Positions 42,501 to 54,425 of a stretch of 64,000 bases of DNA are shown in pieces. Both the position numbers and the translations under genes were made by a program. The notes under the pieces are model-generated. The model did not search any database, was not told where the DNA came from, and worked only from the letters and a program-made list of their open reading frames with translations. The first letter of the stretch is position 1. Every line of letters starts with the position of its first letter. This stretch comes from Escherichia coli (GTDB lineage: Bacteria > Pseudomonadota > Gammaproteobacteria > Enterobacterales > Enterobacteriaceae): assembly GCF_003991155.1 (NCBI RefSeq), contig NZ_CP031293.1. One strand, given 5' to 3'.

Positions 42501-44900
42501 TCAGATTTTCAGCGGTAACACACTGCTCATCCAGCCTGGAATTTCTTCGGCGGGTAGGGGGCGGGAAAAGAAATATCCCTGAATAACGCGACAGTGGATC
42601 TTGCGTAGCATCTCAAATTGCTCTTTGGTTTCGACGCCTTCCGCCACGACGGTTAAATTAAGGCTTTGCCCAATGCTGGTAATGGCTTCAAGTAAGGCAA
42701 GGATGCGTTTTTCCGTCAGACAACGATCGACAAAACTTTTGTCAATTTTGATTTCCGTTACCGGAAGACTGACTAAGCGGGATAATCCGGAAAAGCCCGT
42801 GCCAAAATCATCTACCGATAAGCCCACGCCCATATCGCGCAGGATCTGAATGCGCTTAAAGATTTCGGTATCGTGTTCCATCATCATGCTTTCCGTGATT
42901 TCTACCGTCAGCTGGTGGCCGTCAATACCCCAGGCTTGCATTGCATCAGACACCTGATTAGGCAGCTGATTACTGCGAAAGTGCAGCGCCGACAAGTTCA
43001 CGGATAACGCCGGGATATGAATATTCTGGCTACGCCATTCTGCTAACTGACGACAAGCTTCCGCGATGACCCAGCGTCCAATATTTTCTATTTCACCGAT
43101 CTCTTCTGCGAGAGGAATAAACCGTGAAGGGGGCACATGACCATGCAGGGGATCGTGCCAGCGAGCAAGGGCTTCGATGCCGTACAGTTCACCCGTTTCT
43201 GCGAAGATTTGTGGCTGGTAAACCAGTTTCAGTTGGTTATTGCTAATTGCTTCTTTCAGCGCCGCGCCTAAAACCAAACGCTCTTTTACCATTTCGTTCA
43301 TCGCCGGGCTGAAGAACTGCCAGCCGTTACCGCCATTTTTGCGAATAAAATCCATTGCATTGTGAGCAGTGGAGAGCAGGTAATCGCGGTTTTTACCCAC
43401 GTCGTAGCTGATGCCAATGCTCAAGGTGAGCGGGAATGGTTTATCGTCAATCATTATCGGCTTGCTGACCACATTCCGTAGCTCATCGGCGATCTGCGTA
43501 ATGTTACTGACGTCGTTTTCGAGGCTCACGAGGACAAACTGCGTACCTTCGATACGACAGAGATATTGATCCGGTTTGAGTTTTTCACGAAAGCGATTGA
43601 CCACTTCCAGCAATGCCTGATCGGCCCACGCATAGCCAAGGCTATCAATCACATCCTGAATATGGTCAACACCGATGAGATACACCACCGGAGAGACGGC
43701 TTTGTCGACCAGGTCATCGAGGTAATTGTGCAGGTTATTGCGATTTGGCAGACCGGTCATCGGATCAAATTGGATGAGTTGTTCAATATGCTGACGGCTT
43801 TTTTCCTGTTCCAGCGCCAGCGCGGCCATATGCTGGCTAATATCTGCCACGCGTTCGATAAAGGCGCTGGTTTCTGCTCCTGACGAGGTTTTAATTTGCA
43901 GGATCCCCGCCGGCGCACCATCACGCTGACGAATGGTCGCTGACCAGCTTTGCGCATTTTGAACTTCTGCACCGTGCGAAGATGACGCCCAGTGTATCGG
44001 CATCCCGTTGCGCAGCGCGAACAGCGAAACATGCGATTCGTTGAGTACAGATTCGATGTTACGACAAATGATTTCCCCCATTTCATGAAATGGCGGGCTG
44101 CTGCACATGGCGGCGAGAATATTGCCTTCAAGCTGGCGGATTTGCCGTTCTTCGGTGATATCCGAGAAGGTCATTACCAGGTTCTGCAGATGCGCGAGCA
44201 CGTCATAAACCGGGCTGATAGAGGCTTTAATCCAGATTTTTTCACCGGTGCGCGTCAACAGCAGAAATTCATCCTGATCGCGGGCGGTTTTCCATAGCAA
44301 CTGTTGTAAACGAATGCGGTTATCGGCAGGGAATTCAGGAATGTTAAGGAGTGAATCGGGCTGCATACCGCTGGCTTCGCTAATGCAGTAACCAAACATT
44401 TCGGTAAATGCGCGATTGCACTGCACAATATGGCGTTCCGGATCGAGGACAATCACCGGTCGGTCGAGATGGTCAACGGCAATAATCAATTGTCGGGTCT
44501 GTTCTTTTTGCGCCATTTCTACGCTGGCATCCCGTACCAGCGCCAGGTAATAAACTTTCCCCTCGGCGCTCACTTTCGATAGCGCAAAACGGGTCCAGAT
44601 TTTACTGCCGTCTTTTTTCTCCAGCTGCAGCTCCCGACTCATCCCCTCGACGCGCGCTTTACCGCCTTCACGGTTGTGACGGATATATTCAGGATGCGCA
44701 GGACGCAAATCCCGCGGAATCAGCATATCAATGTTATTGCCAATGACTTCTTCACGTTTGTATCCCCAGAGCTTCTCTGCGGCGGGGTTGAAAAACATCA
44801 CTTCATCATTTTCGTTAATTAACACCGCGCCCATCATATTTTGCTCAAGGGCGGGGAAAAAAATGCCATCGGCGGCATTATCCGCATCGGTTAGCTTCAT
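42501..44900 (-). CDS. dosP: oxygen-sensing c-di-GMP phosphodiesterase (haem-PAS, GGDEF-EAL)
   Basis: Track ORF trimmed to ATG 44898-44900 (MKLTDADNAADGIFFP..., 799 aa). Confidence 0.9.
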   Translation of the reverse strand: MKLTDADNAADGIFFPALEQNMMGAVLINENDEVMFFNPAAEKLWGYKREEVIGNNIDMLIPRDLRPAHPEYIRHNREGGKARVEGMSRELQLEKKDGSKIWTRFALSKVSAEGKVYYLALVRDASVEMAQKEQTRQLIIAVDHLDRPVIVLDPERHIVQCNRAFTEMFGYCISEASGMQPDSLLNIPEFPADNRIRLQQLLWKTARDQDEFLLLTRTGEKIWIKASISPVYDVLAHLQNLVMTFSDITEERQIRQLEGNILAAMCSSPPFHEMGEIICRNIESVLNESHVSLFALRNGMPIHWASSSHGAEVQNAQSWSATIRQRDGAPAGILQIKTSSGAETSAFIERVADISQHMAALALEQEKSRQHIEQLIQFDPMTGLPNRNNLHNYLDDLVDKAVSPVVYLIGVDHIQDVIDSLGYAWADQALLEVVNRFREKLKPDQYLCRIEGTQFVLVSLENDVSNITQIADELRNVVSKPIMIDDKPFPLTLSIGISYDVGKNRDYLLSTAHNAMDFIRKNGGNGWQFFSPAMNEMVKERLVLGAALKEAISNNQLKLVYQPQIFAETGELYGIEALARWHDPLHGHVPPSRFIPLAEEIGEIENIGRWVIAEACRQLAEWRSQNIHIPALSVNLSALHFRSNQLPNQVSDAMQAWGIDGHQLTVEITESMMMEHDTEIFKRIQILRDMGVGLSVDDFGTGFSGLSRLVSLPVTEIKIDKSFVDRCLTEKRILALLEAITSIGQSLNLTVVAEGVETKEQFEMLRKIHCRVIQGYFFSRPLPAEEIPGWMSSVLPLKI

Positions 44901-44924
44901 AATTACCTCTGCATCCTGACGCAT

Positions 44925-46307
44925 CTAAAGACTGGCTTTCCAGAGTTCAACACGGTTTCTACCTCGTCTTTTGGCGATATACAGAGCTTCATCGGCTATT
45001 TGAATGAGGCGCTCATAGTCAGGATGACCATTAAACATGGCGGCACCGATGGAAAGTGAGAGGGCAATATCTTCGCCGTTTGCGGCTTTCAGTTTGGTTT
45101 TCTCCACCCGACTGCGAATACGTTCTGCGGTACGTAACGTTTCGTTTTCCGAAGCTTCAGTCAAAACAATGATAAATTCATCGCCACCGTAGCGGAAAAC
45201 ATAATCACTACTGCGGACGTTGTCATAAAAGGCCTGAGAGACTTTACGCAGAATTTCATCGCCAGTGTTATGGCCCCACGTATCGTTAATCTCTTTGAAT
45301 TTATCAACGTCAATAATCAGCACTGACAGCGGTGTACCGGTCCGGTTGGCATGGGCAATTTCGCGTTTGAAGATAGTCGGCAGGAAACGGCGGTTAAGTA
45401 ATTTCGTCAGGACATCCATACCGACTTCGTGGCGCGATACTTCTTCAAACAATTCACGCAACAAGGTAATAATTTGCGATACGGTATTTCTTATCTGTAA
45501 TAAAAATTTCACCCGTAAACTTCTGTTATTCAAATTCCTGGTGTTACGCATGGTTTGATTGAAAATACCGTCGAAATCCTGAATCAGACGGGAGATATGG
45601 CCCACTTCGGCTATGCCGCTAAAATAATGTCGACCTTTATGGTTAAACCACAGGCCAAAATCAGCCTGGCTTAAAGGCAAACTACTGCCTAAATCAGAAT
45701 CCAGCAGGACTTTATAGATAATATCTATTTCCCATGAAAGTATTGAGGCTATTTGCCGTTCTTTTTCTTCTTCGGCATTTTCCAGTAACGAGAAGATACG
45801 ATAGTTTTCATCTTCCTTTGAGGCACTACTGTCACTAAAGGTAAACGCGCGGGTCATCACTTCCATAGCGATATCAATACTGTTAATCGAGAAATGGTAG
45901 ACCTGAAGTTTTTCTGCGGCGGAATAATCCGAAGAGAAGATTACCGGATAGAGGATTTTTTTCAGCACCCGAAACCCCATCTCGACAATTTCTACCGGAA
46001 TTCCTATGCGGGCATGCACTTCCGCGACGGTATGCTGGATTTGTATTAGCCTTTCGACATCGTCAACCTGGGCAGAAAGCACGTTAATAATCCAGCGTTC
46101 CATCGCACTTTTCAACTGCCGCTCAACTTGTTCATTACTCAAGAATTCTTCGGCATGCGGGTCGATGCGGACAATTCGATAAAACTCAATACTCAGATAA
46201 TGAGCATGCGCAACGGCAATTTCCGCGGCTTTAGCACGAATGAGCGGATCTGCTTGTTCGACAAGCCCGGTCCACTCATCTTTCATTCTTTTAAAATACA
46301 TCTCCAT
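44925..46307 (-). CDS. dosC: globin-coupled diguanylate cyclase
   Basis: 460 aa, C-terminal GGDEF domain with RYGGDEF; co-oriented 24 bp upstream of dosP. Confidence 0.9.
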   Translation of the reverse strand: MEMYFKRMKDEWTGLVEQADPLIRAKAAEIAVAHAHYLSIEFYRIVRIDPHAEEFLSNEQVERQLKSAMERWIINVLSAQVDDVERLIQIQHTVAEVHARIGIPVEIVEMGFRVLKKILYPVIFSSDYSAAEKLQVYHFSINSIDIAMEVMTRAFTFSDSSASKEDENYRIFSLLENAEEEKERQIASILSWEIDIIYKVLLDSDLGSSLPLSQADFGLWFNHKGRHYFSGIAEVGHISRLIQDFDGIFNQTMRNTRNLNNRSLRVKFLLQIRNTVSQIITLLRELFEEVSRHEVGMDVLTKLLNRRFLPTIFKREIAHANRTGTPLSVLIIDVDKFKEINDTWGHNTGDEILRKVSQAFYDNVRSSDYVFRYGGDEFIIVLTEASENETLRTAERIRSRVEKTKLKAANGEDIALSLSIGAAMFNGHPDYERLIQIADEALYIAKRRGRNRVELWKASL

Positions 46308-46633
46308 AATTCACACCCTTATAAGGCTGGGAAAGCAGACGGAATCAAAACGAAACGCAACGTGCGAGATCGACTAACTGCACCATACTCTCCTGAAATA
46401 TGAAGATATACTGAAAACAAATAAGCGACTTAGGACAGTTTCAATCTACGCTACTGTTCTTCAGAAGAGTATAGCCCATCGTAATTATTTTTCGGTGACA
46501 GCGAATATCGTATGTTTTTTCATGTTCATACATTTTTATTAGGGGATTTATGACTGTTTAACTAAGTGTGGTTAATTGCGTAGTTAATTTGACTTAAGTA
46601 AGCATGATTACTAGTGGGATATTTCAAGAGAGT

Positions 46634-46663
46634 AACAAGCCGGGGGGAAAGCACCGGCTTGTT
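46634..46663 (-). terminator. putative terminator hairpin after yddW
   Basis: AACAAGCCGG-(10-nt loop)-CCGGCTTGTT perfect 10-bp stem, 20 nt past the yddW stop; weak U-tract. Confidence 0.35.
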
Positions 46664-46682
46664 ACAAAGTAAGAATGGGAGT

Positions 46683-48002
46683 TTAACTGCCCCAACGACT
46701 TTGCAGATAGCTGACCGCTTGTTGAGTCTGTGGCTTATTCAGATAGTCCTCACGGAACAAGATTGTGCCGCTAATTTCTGGCACGGCATCGTTAAGATCG
46801 AGCTGCTTTTTCAGTTCCGGTACGCCGCCGTTAATCATCCAGTCTGGCTCTATCTTTGAAGGTTCTCCTACTTTATAGAAGGCGATACCGATATACAGGC
46901 GGGTCCTGGTCGGTTTAACGACATCCGCCCACCATTTTGCCAACACGTCATAACGCGCGGCACTCCGTGAGAATGGCCAGTAAATTTGGGGAGCAATGTA
47001 ATCCAGCAACCCTTGTTCCACCCATCGACGGGTATCAGCGTAGGATTCGTCATAGGCTGCCGCGCCTCGGGTATCGGAACCGAGCGGATCGTGTGATCGG
47101 TTACGCCACACGCCTGCCGGGCTAACGCCAAATTCGACTTCCGGCTTAATGCTTTTAATGGTGTGCGATACCTTCGCAATTAACTGCTGAGTATTGTTGC
47201 GCCGCCAGTCTGCTTTTGACGCAAATGCGCCGCCGTATTTGCGGTACGTTTCGTTATCATTTAGCCGTGAAGCTGGTGACTCAGTATAGAAATAGTCGTC
47301 AAACTGCACGCCATCTACCGGATAGCGGGAAACCACTTCCGCAACTATTGATGTGATCCAGTCCTGAACTTCAGGGATGCCCGGGTCGAGGACAAAGCGA
47401 TCGCCGGACGTTCTGATCCAGTCGCGGTGTTGCACATAGACGCTCGCCGGTTGTTGAGACAGAGTGCTATTCAGTTCCCTGATAGTACCGGGCTTCGTAT
47501 TAACCGATACGCGATAGGGGTTAAACCAGGCGTGAACTTTCATCCCTCGCTTGTGGGCTTCGTCGAGCATGAATTGCAGCGGATCGTAACCCGGATTTTC
47601 ACCAATCTTACCGGTCATAAGATCGGACCACGGCAAAATTTTCGATGGCCACAGGGCGGTACCGTCTGGCTTGACCTGGAAAAAGACCGTGTTTATGCCG
47701 AGACGTTGCAGATGCTCCAGTTTGTCAATCATCGCTTGTTGTTGTACACGGGCCCGGCTGGTGGGGTTACTAATGTTAACCGAGGAAACCGGTGGCCAGT
47801 CGAGGCGAGACACCGTGGCCAGCCAGATGCCACGCATCGGTTGTGACGATTGTTGCGTCGTGGCTGGTGGCTTTGAACCCGCTGGTGGTGTCACCATTGA
47901 CTCTGGGGGCGTGCTTTTACAACTACACAGTAAAAGTGCCAGTGCAACCAGTATCGCTGGTCTTCTAATCGCTAATTTCTCGTTTCGGGAGCAGATATCC
48001 AT
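46683..48002 (-). CDS. yddW: lipoprotein, glycoside-hydrolase-like
   Basis: 439 aa with lipobox LLLCSC. Confidence 0.85.
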   Translation of the reverse strand: MDICSRNEKLAIRRPAILVALALLLCSCKSTPPESMVTPPAGSKPPATTQQSSQPMRGIWLATVSRLDWPPVSSVNISNPTSRARVQQQAMIDKLEHLQRLGINTVFFQVKPDGTALWPSKILPWSDLMTGKIGENPGYDPLQFMLDEAHKRGMKVHAWFNPYRVSVNTKPGTIRELNSTLSQQPASVYVQHRDWIRTSGDRFVLDPGIPEVQDWITSIVAEVVSRYPVDGVQFDDYFYTESPASRLNDNETYRKYGGAFASKADWRRNNTQQLIAKVSHTIKSIKPEVEFGVSPAGVWRNRSHDPLGSDTRGAAAYDESYADTRRWVEQGLLDYIAPQIYWPFSRSAARYDVLAKWWADVVKPTRTRLYIGIAFYKVGEPSKIEPDWMINGGVPELKKQLDLNDAVPEISGTILFREDYLNKPQTQQAVSYLQSRWGS

Positions 48003-48077
48003 ATGTGCTGGTTTCCGGTAAACAGATGTGCGCTCATTCTCGTACTTATCCCAGTTAAGTCAATACGACAGCAAGCA

Positions 48078-48108
48078 CGAAAAAGGGAGCGATGAATTAT
48101 CGCTCCCT
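48078..48108 (-). terminator. intrinsic terminator after gadC
   Basis: Hairpin GGGAGCGAT-AATTCA-ATCGCTCCC (48085-48108) followed on the minus strand by TTTTT. Confidence 0.55.
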
Positions 48109-48132
48109 TATCTTATAACCATTCAGACATGG

Positions 48133-49668
48133 TTAGTGTTTCTTGTCATTCATCACAATATAGTGTGGTGAACGTGCACGCGGGTGCAGGAAGAAGTGAC
48201 CTTTTGGTGCGTTCTGACTGTTGATTGGCTCCAGAGTGACGCCGGTATTCCCTTTGCCTTTACGATCATGAACAGCATAGAGAATAAAGGGCAGGGCAAG
48301 TACCACCAGGAAACTCACGACCAGTAATTCAACATACATATCAGTAGAGTCACCCTGGATGTTATCCGGCGGCAGGAAGGAAACAATAAACGCCATAATT
48401 GAAGTCAGCAGACCGACAATAGCCACGACCAGTTTCACCCCTTTACCACCAGGGATATTAAATGTGCGTTTTAAGTCAGGATGTTTGAGAACCAACACAA
48501 TGTAGCCAATAAACAGCATGAAATAAGCACACAGATAAATCACCACCGTCAGCGCCAGTGCGATCAGGAAGGACATGTTGTTACCGCCACCGGTATTGGT
48601 GAGGATGATCAACGCGATAGAAGTAATCACCAACTGCGAAATGACCAGCGTTACCGGTACGCCATTTTTGTTCATTTTAGCGAATGCCGCTGGCAGCAGG
48701 TTTTTCTGCGCTGTGACATACATCCCGCGAGAAGGACCAACAATCCAGGAAGCGATTTCCGCCAGAACACCCAGCAACAGCAGTGCGGAGATCACGCGAA
48801 CCGTCCACTCAATTTCCGGTGCCACATGTGACATCAGAACGGTAAAGGTTTGCATTACCCCTGCGGAGAGGTTGATTTCATTACCCGGAATGACCATCGC
48901 AATAGACAAACCGCCAACAGAGCTTAAGCAGATTGCCGCCACCATCAGCAGTAACATAGCCAGTGGATAGTCGCGCCCGGGGTTGCTCATTTCATTGACG
49001 TGGGTTGCGGAAGCTTCAACGCCCATATAACTCAAAATGAAGGCAACAAATACAACCAGGGTGCCCACTTTAGAGAAGTCAGGGAAGAAGGTCTTCGCAT
49101 CCATTTCGATTGCAACGGGGGCACCGGAGTGCAGATAAATAGCCGCTAATGCGATCAAAATAAATGCAGGTAACAGGATACCGGCGAAGAAGCCAACTTT
49201 AGCAATTCGCGCCGTGTATTTCGTGCCACCAAACTGCGTTAATGCCAGCGCCCAAAGAATGATGAGTGCTGCAATAGTTTTGGTAATGGGGTCTTCATTC
49301 AGAGCTGGCCATTTCAGGATGTAGGAGAGTGCCCCTAACACGAAATAGAGCATCGGAATAAAACCAATGGCGATTTGCAGATAGCCAAATGAGATCGCTG
49401 CAAATCCCCATCTCGGCCCCAGAGTATTTGATACCCAGGCGAAGACGCCACCTTCTTCCCAGCCGTCGACGGTAGCCATTTCCGCAGCACAAAGTCCCAC
49501 GGGAATAAACCATAAAATCCCGCCTAATAGCAGGAAGAAGACTAATGAAAAGCCCGATGTTGCGAAGGTAGGGTATTCATAAACAGCCATTACCATCGAT
49601 GCCGTTATGGCAAAAAATCCGAGTAATGTGAGCTGCTTAGCTTTACCTGTCTGTACTGATGTAGCCAT
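48133..49668 (-). CDS. gadC: glutamate:GABA antiporter
   Basis: 511-aa APC-family transporter immediately downstream of gadB. Confidence 0.9.
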   Translation of the reverse strand: MATSVQTGKAKQLTLLGFFAITASMVMAVYEYPTFATSGFSLVFFLLLGGILWFIPVGLCAAEMATVDGWEEGGVFAWVSNTLGPRWGFAAISFGYLQIAIGFIPMLYFVLGALSYILKWPALNEDPITKTIAALIILWALALTQFGGTKYTARIAKVGFFAGILLPAFILIALAAIYLHSGAPVAIEMDAKTFFPDFSKVGTLVVFVAFILSYMGVEASATHVNEMSNPGRDYPLAMLLLMVAAICLSSVGGLSIAMVIPGNEINLSAGVMQTFTVLMSHVAPEIEWTVRVISALLLLGVLAEIASWIVGPSRGMYVTAQKNLLPAAFAKMNKNGVPVTLVISQLVITSIALIILTNTGGGNNMSFLIALALTVVIYLCAYFMLFIGYIVLVLKHPDLKRTFNIPGGKGVKLVVAIVGLLTSIMAFIVSFLPPDNIQGDSTDMYVELLVVSFLVVLALPFILYAVHDRKGKGNTGVTLEPINSQNAPKGHFFLHPRARSPHYIVMNDKKH

Positions 49669-49823
49669 ATTATCCCCCTAAAACGGTATTCCTGTCGGAA
49701 CCGCACCTGTTTTGTTCTGAAGCGTATTCAGAACAATATTTTCCGTTGCTAATGCCAGTGAACAGACTTTGGAAATTGTCCCGAAACGGCTTCGTTTCGG
49801 GACAGCGTTACCGTTAAACGTTA

Positions 49824-51224
49824 TCAGGTGTGTTTAAAGCTGTTCTGCTGGGCAATACCCTGCAGTTTCGGGTGGTCGCTGAGATATTTCAGGGAGGCTT
49901 TGTAGTCTTCCAGCAACAGTTCAGCAAAGTCCATTTCGAAGCCGCGACGACACATAATGCGCATCACCACGATGTCGGTGGCTTCACCGCCGAGAGTGAA
50001 GGCCGGAACCTGCCAGCCGCGCAGACGCAGACGTTCAGAGAGGTCGTACAGGGTGTATCCCGGATCTTCACCATCTTTCAGTTTGAAGCAAACCGCCGGG
50101 ATGCCTTCGTCCGGGCGACCGGTACAGATGAACTCATACGGCCCCAGTTTGGCGATTTCATCCGCCAGATAAGCGGCAACCTGGTAGGAAGCGTTCTGTA
50201 CTTTGGTATAGCCTTCACGACCGAGGCGCAGGAATTCATAGTACTGTGCAATCACCTGACCCGCCGGGCGGGAGAAGTTGATGGCGAAAGTCCCAATCTG
50301 ACCACCGAGATAGTCAACGTTGAACACCAGTTCCTGCGGCAGCGCTTCTTCATCACGCCAGATAACCCAGCCGCAGCCTAGCGGAGCCAGACCGAATTTA
50401 TGGCCTGAAGCACTGATCGATTTCACACGCGGCAGGCGGAAGTCCCAGACGATATCCGGGGCGACGAACGGTGCCAGGAAGCCACCGCTGGCAGCGTCGA
50501 TGTGCATGTCGATGTCGATACCGGTGTCGGCCTGGAATTTATCCAGCGCATCGTGCAGCGGCTGCGGGAACTCATAGTTACCGGTGTAGGTCACGCCAAA
50601 AGTCGGCACCACGCCGATGGTGTTTTCGTCGCAGGCTTCAATCATGCGTTTCGGGTCCATAAACAACTGACCGGGGCGCATAGGGATCTCACGCAACTCC
50701 ACATCCCAGTAGCGGGCGAATTTATGCCAGCAGATTTGTACCGGACCGCACACCAGGTTTGGTTTATCCGTTGGTTTGCCTGCAGCTTCCATACGCTTGC
50801 GCCAACGCCATTTCATCGCCATCCCGCCAAGCATACAGGCCTCGGAAGAACCAATGGTGTTGGTGCCAACGGCCTGACCATTTTTCGGTGCAGGCGCATG
50901 CCACAGATCGGCAACCATGTTTACGCAACGCAGGTCGATGGCCGCAGATTGCGGATATTCTTCTTTGTCGATCCAGTTTTTGTTAATGGATAAATCCATC
51001 AACTTGTGGACATTTTCGTCGTCCCAGGTCTGGCAGAAAGTGGCCAGGTTCTGACGAGCGTTGCCATCAAGATATAATTCGTCATTGATAATCTGAAATG
51101 CGACATCGTCGCGCATTTCGTGCAGCGGAAAACGTTTTGATTCTGCGATAGTGGAAATAGACTTTGCACCAAAACGTGAATCGAGTAGTTCCGACCTTAA
51201 ATCCGTTACTTGCTTCTTATCCAT
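49824..51224 (-). CDS. gadB: glutamate decarboxylase (PLP-dependent)
   Basis: Track ORF trimmed to ATG 51222-51224 ([19 protein letters not shown]..., 466 aa); PLP-lysine motif SGHKFG. Called gadB by linkage to gadC. Confidence 0.9.
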   Translation of the reverse strand: MDKKQVTDLRSELLDSRFGAKSISTIAESKRFPLHEMRDDVAFQIINDELYLDGNARQNLATFCQTWDDENVHKLMDLSINKNWIDKEEYPQSAAIDLRCVNMVADLWHAPAPKNGQAVGTNTIGSSEACMLGGMAMKWRWRKRMEAAGKPTDKPNLVCGPVQICWHKFARYWDVELREIPMRPGQLFMDPKRMIEACDENTIGVVPTFGVTYTGNYEFPQPLHDALDKFQADTGIDIDMHIDAASGGFLAPFVAPDIVWDFRLPRVKSISASGHKFGLAPLGCGWVIWRDEEALPQELVFNVDYLGGQIGTFAINFSRPAGQVIAQYYEFLRLGREGYTKVQNASYQVAAYLADEIAKLGPYEFICTGRPDEGIPAVCFKLKDGEDPGYTLYDLSERLRLRGWQVPAFTLGGEATDIVVMRIMCRRGFEMDFAELLLEDYKASLKYLSDHPKLQGIAQQNSFKHT

Positions 51225-51585
51225 TTTAAACTCCTTAAAATGATTGGATCGCATTAAAAAAGTAGGATTTATCGATAAAGTAAGCAAGTGCAAAGGACTC
51301 GTGTTTAAATAACAAAATCCTAATGTTATTTATCGCGAGATATTATGCGAATTATATTTTATCATTGAAAATCAATATATTATTGAATTCTTGGGTGGTG
51401 GCAAGGTGTTTTATGCTGTTATTTTTATGCACTTTCTACGCCTCCTGAATTATCACATAAAAATCAGACCTTAAAATATCACTATTAGCACTCGGCTATT
51501 ATTTTGAACGCATTTATAAAATTATTACATAAAAATGGCGAATATTGCTAAAATCCCCGCCAACGAGGTGTTGACGGGGCTGTTA
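51225..51585 (-). promoter_or_regulatory. AT-rich gadB upstream regulatory region
   Basis: ~360 bp strongly AT-rich intergenic region upstream of gadB; expected location of acid-resistance regulator binding sites, not mapped here. Confidence 0.4.
51555..51580 (-). terminator. putative terminator after pqqL
   Basis: Minus-strand hairpin CCCCGTCAAC-ACCTC-GTTGGCGGGG followed by ATTTTAG. Confidence 0.35.
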
Positions 51586-54381
51586 TTATTTTGGCAATAA
51601 TACTCCGGTATAGGTATTCACCGGATGAGAAAGATATTGTTTAACGGCAGTGTTAACATTCTCTACCGTCATTTGTTTCAATAATTGCTCCTGCTCAGTC
51701 CATGCTGCAGGATCGTCATATTGAATAAGACTATTTACAATGGTGTTCGCTAATTGTTGAACGCTACGCTGTTGGATATCGAGGCTGCGCTGAACGTTTT
51801 GCTGGTATTCATTCAGTTCTTGCTCACTGATCCCTTTAGCCAGACGCTTAACCATCACTTCATTCGCTAACGTTAACAGTTCATCATGTCGTTCTGGTTG
51901 ACAAGTAAAAGCCAGCAAATGACTGATATCTTTGGCCTGAGGATCAACCGAGAGACGAGAAGAAACGCTGTATGCTCCAGATGCCTGTTCACGAATATTA
52001 ACGCGTAGATCTTTTGCCAGTGCGACGTTAAAAGCATCGAGCGCCATACGCGTCGCCAGATTTACAGGTGTTCGGGAATCATAACGCTTCCACTGTGAAA
52101 TCTGTGCCACAGGTTCATTTTGTTCTTTTACAGTAACCGATGCGTTGTCCGTCGCGCGAGTTAATGGTTTACCTGCGGCTAATGACGAATCAGAGTGTTT
52201 GATTGATCCTAAGTAACGCGTAATTAACGCCACGAGTTTGTCTTCTGCGACATTACCGACAATGACAAACGTGATATCCGCAGGAGATGAAAACAACTGG
52301 CGATCGGCAGCCAGCGCATCTGCGGCAGTAAACTGTGCAATCTGATTTTCTTGCAGTAATTTCGTGCGGTCATCAGCATAGCGCGTCTCATACATCTGCT
52401 GGGCGAATTTCTCCGCTGGACGCTGGTCGAGCGTTTTCAACGTCTGAATTTGAGCATTTTGCAGCGATGCCCAAATATTGTCGTTAATCGTGCTGTGGGT
52501 GATTCGCTGGTTAATCAACTGGAAACCAGGTTCAGGGTTATTAGTCCGCGCGCTAACGGAGAGCAACGTATTCATGCCACTGACTTTACTGCTCATGGTT
52601 ACCGAGTTTTCCGCACTCCAGCGTTTCAGGCTGGAAGAGGAGAGTTCACCAACGCCGCTTCCGCTTACTGCTTTATTTGCCAGCGCGATAAGTGATTTTT
52701 GCTGCGCAGGGAAACTTAAATCGCCTTTATTAGATACGGCAGTAATTTGTAGCTTTTGCTCTTCACCCGCGGATTTTGCCAGAATAACCCTGGCACCATT
52801 GGAAAGTGTTAATGATGTCAGATTCTCAGCCAGCGTTTCTTTGCTGCTAATTTCCGCCTGTGGGTCAGCGTCTACTGTTAACGATAAATTTCTGCCTGGG
52901 AAGATGTAAGCCGCCAGCTTTTTGTTGGCGTACTCTTTTTCCAGCGCCAGGATAGCCGCAGGAGACAATGCTTTTTTGGCGGCAACCTCATTGTTTACCA
53001 TTTGCTCCCAAAATGCGTCCTGGTTCTTTCTTAACTGCTGCCATTTTTCCGCCAGACTTTGCACGGTAATTTGCTGCCACAGACGTTTCGAAAGTTGATA
53101 TGTCTCTTCCGGCGACAAGAACGGCGTATTATTTAATGAGCTGGATGCCAGGCGACTGGTCAGCATACGTAAATCACGTTCAGCTTGCTGATCAACCGCA
53201 TTTTTCAGCCAGGTGAGGCGGGTAGATTTGACATCATCGAGTTCTTCAGCGGAAAAACCATGCTGATCAATAGTTGCCAACTCTGCCATTAATGCATTCG
53301 CAGCATCCTGCATATTATCGTCTCGTGCATTTACACGGAAAAACAGCGACTGATAATCGGGTGCAATTCTAACGCTGCGCGCAGTGCCGCCAGAAATAGT
53401 CTTCAACTCGCCCGACTGTATACGTTCCTGCAGACGTTGATTGAACAGCTGAACTAACATGCTCCATTCAGCTTGTTCGATAAAGCTTTGCTCATCGCTC
53501 ACTTGCACCATTGGCAGGCGATAATAGAGTGCGATGCCGTTCACCCGGTTTTCTTTATCATTGATGATATTAAAGCGCAGGTGGTTTTCGGCTTTTGTCG
53601 GCCAGACGCGATTTTCAGCTGCTTTGTTAGCCGGAAGCTTACTTAAATTATCCTTTATCAGCGCCAGCGCTTCTTTACTGTCGATATCGCCGACCACAAT
53701 AAAGGTCATATTATTTGGTTGATACCAGCGTTGATAAAATTGGCGCAATTGTGCCGGTGTGACCGTGGCGACGGTATCCATCAGGCCGATAGGTTCACGG
53801 TCTAAATTACGGGTATTTGCCAGCAGGAAAGGGCGGCGCGCCTGAGAGGTGCGCCATTTTGCATCCTGATGGGCACGCCATTCCTCAGTAATTACGCCAC
53901 GTTCAGCGTCTACTTCGAGTTTTTCAAAGGTTGCGGCATTACTCCATTCACTGAAGATTGCCATCACTTGTTGCAGATTTTGTTTCTGCGTAGTCGGCAA
54001 ACTCACCTGATACACTGTTTCGTCATAGCTGGTATAGGCATTAACATCGCGACCAAAACGCAGGCCCATTGACTCAAATGTTTCGATGACTTTATTACCC
54101 GGCCATGTTTTTGTGCCGTTAAACATCATATGTTCTACAAAATGAGCCACGCCGCGCTCATTGTCCTCTTCCTGCAATGAACCGGTATGAATTTGCAGCC
54201 ATAAATTTACCTGATCCTTTGGTTGAGCATGCGGATAAATCATATATCGCAAGCCATTGTCCAGTTGCCCGGTAATTAACTTTTCATCCTGCGGTAAGGC
54301 GGCGGCAATCAGCCGCCCGGGGAGCAACAGAGTTGCCACTAACGTCAGTAAGAAACAGAGGTTTCTCATAATTATCTCCAT
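51586..54381 (-). CDS. pqqL: M16-family zinc metallopeptidase, secreted
   Basis: 931 aa with signal peptide and inverted zinc motif HFVEH...E. Confidence 0.9.
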   Translation of the reverse strand: MEIIMRNLCFLLTLVATLLLPGRLIAAALPQDEKLITGQLDNGLRYMIYPHAQPKDQVNLWLQIHTGSLQEEDNERGVAHFVEHMMFNGTKTWPGNKVIETFESMGLRFGRDVNAYTSYDETVYQVSLPTTQKQNLQQVMAIFSEWSNAATFEKLEVDAERGVITEEWRAHQDAKWRTSQARRPFLLANTRNLDREPIGLMDTVATVTPAQLRQFYQRWYQPNNMTFIVVGDIDSKEALALIKDNLSKLPANKAAENRVWPTKAENHLRFNIINDKENRVNGIALYYRLPMVQVSDEQSFIEQAEWSMLVQLFNQRLQERIQSGELKTISGGTARSVRIAPDYQSLFFRVNARDDNMQDAANALMAELATIDQHGFSAEELDDVKSTRLTWLKNAVDQQAERDLRMLTSRLASSSLNNTPFLSPEETYQLSKRLWQQITVQSLAEKWQQLRKNQDAFWEQMVNNEVAAKKALSPAAILALEKEYANKKLAAYIFPGRNLSLTVDADPQAEISSKETLAENLTSLTLSNGARVILAKSAGEEQKLQITAVSNKGDLSFPAQQKSLIALANKAVSGSGVGELSSSSLKRWSAENSVTMSSKVSGMNTLLSVSARTNNPEPGFQLINQRITHSTINDNIWASLQNAQIQTLKTLDQRPAEKFAQQMYETRYADDRTKLLQENQIAQFTAADALAADRQLFSSPADITFVIVGNVAEDKLVALITRYLGSIKHSDSSLAAGKPLTRATDNASVTVKEQNEPVAQISQWKRYDSRTPVNLATRMALDAFNVALAKDLRVNIREQASGAYSVSSRLSVDPQAKDISHLLAFTCQPERHDELLTLANEVMVKRLAKGISEQELNEYQQNVQRSLDIQQRSVQQLANTIVNSLIQYDDPAAWTEQEQLLKQMTVENVNTAVKQYLSHPVNTYTGVLLPK

Positions 54382-54425
54382 GCGAAAACCGGGCGAATTT
54401 ACCCGGTTAAGTAAAATCCGAACTA

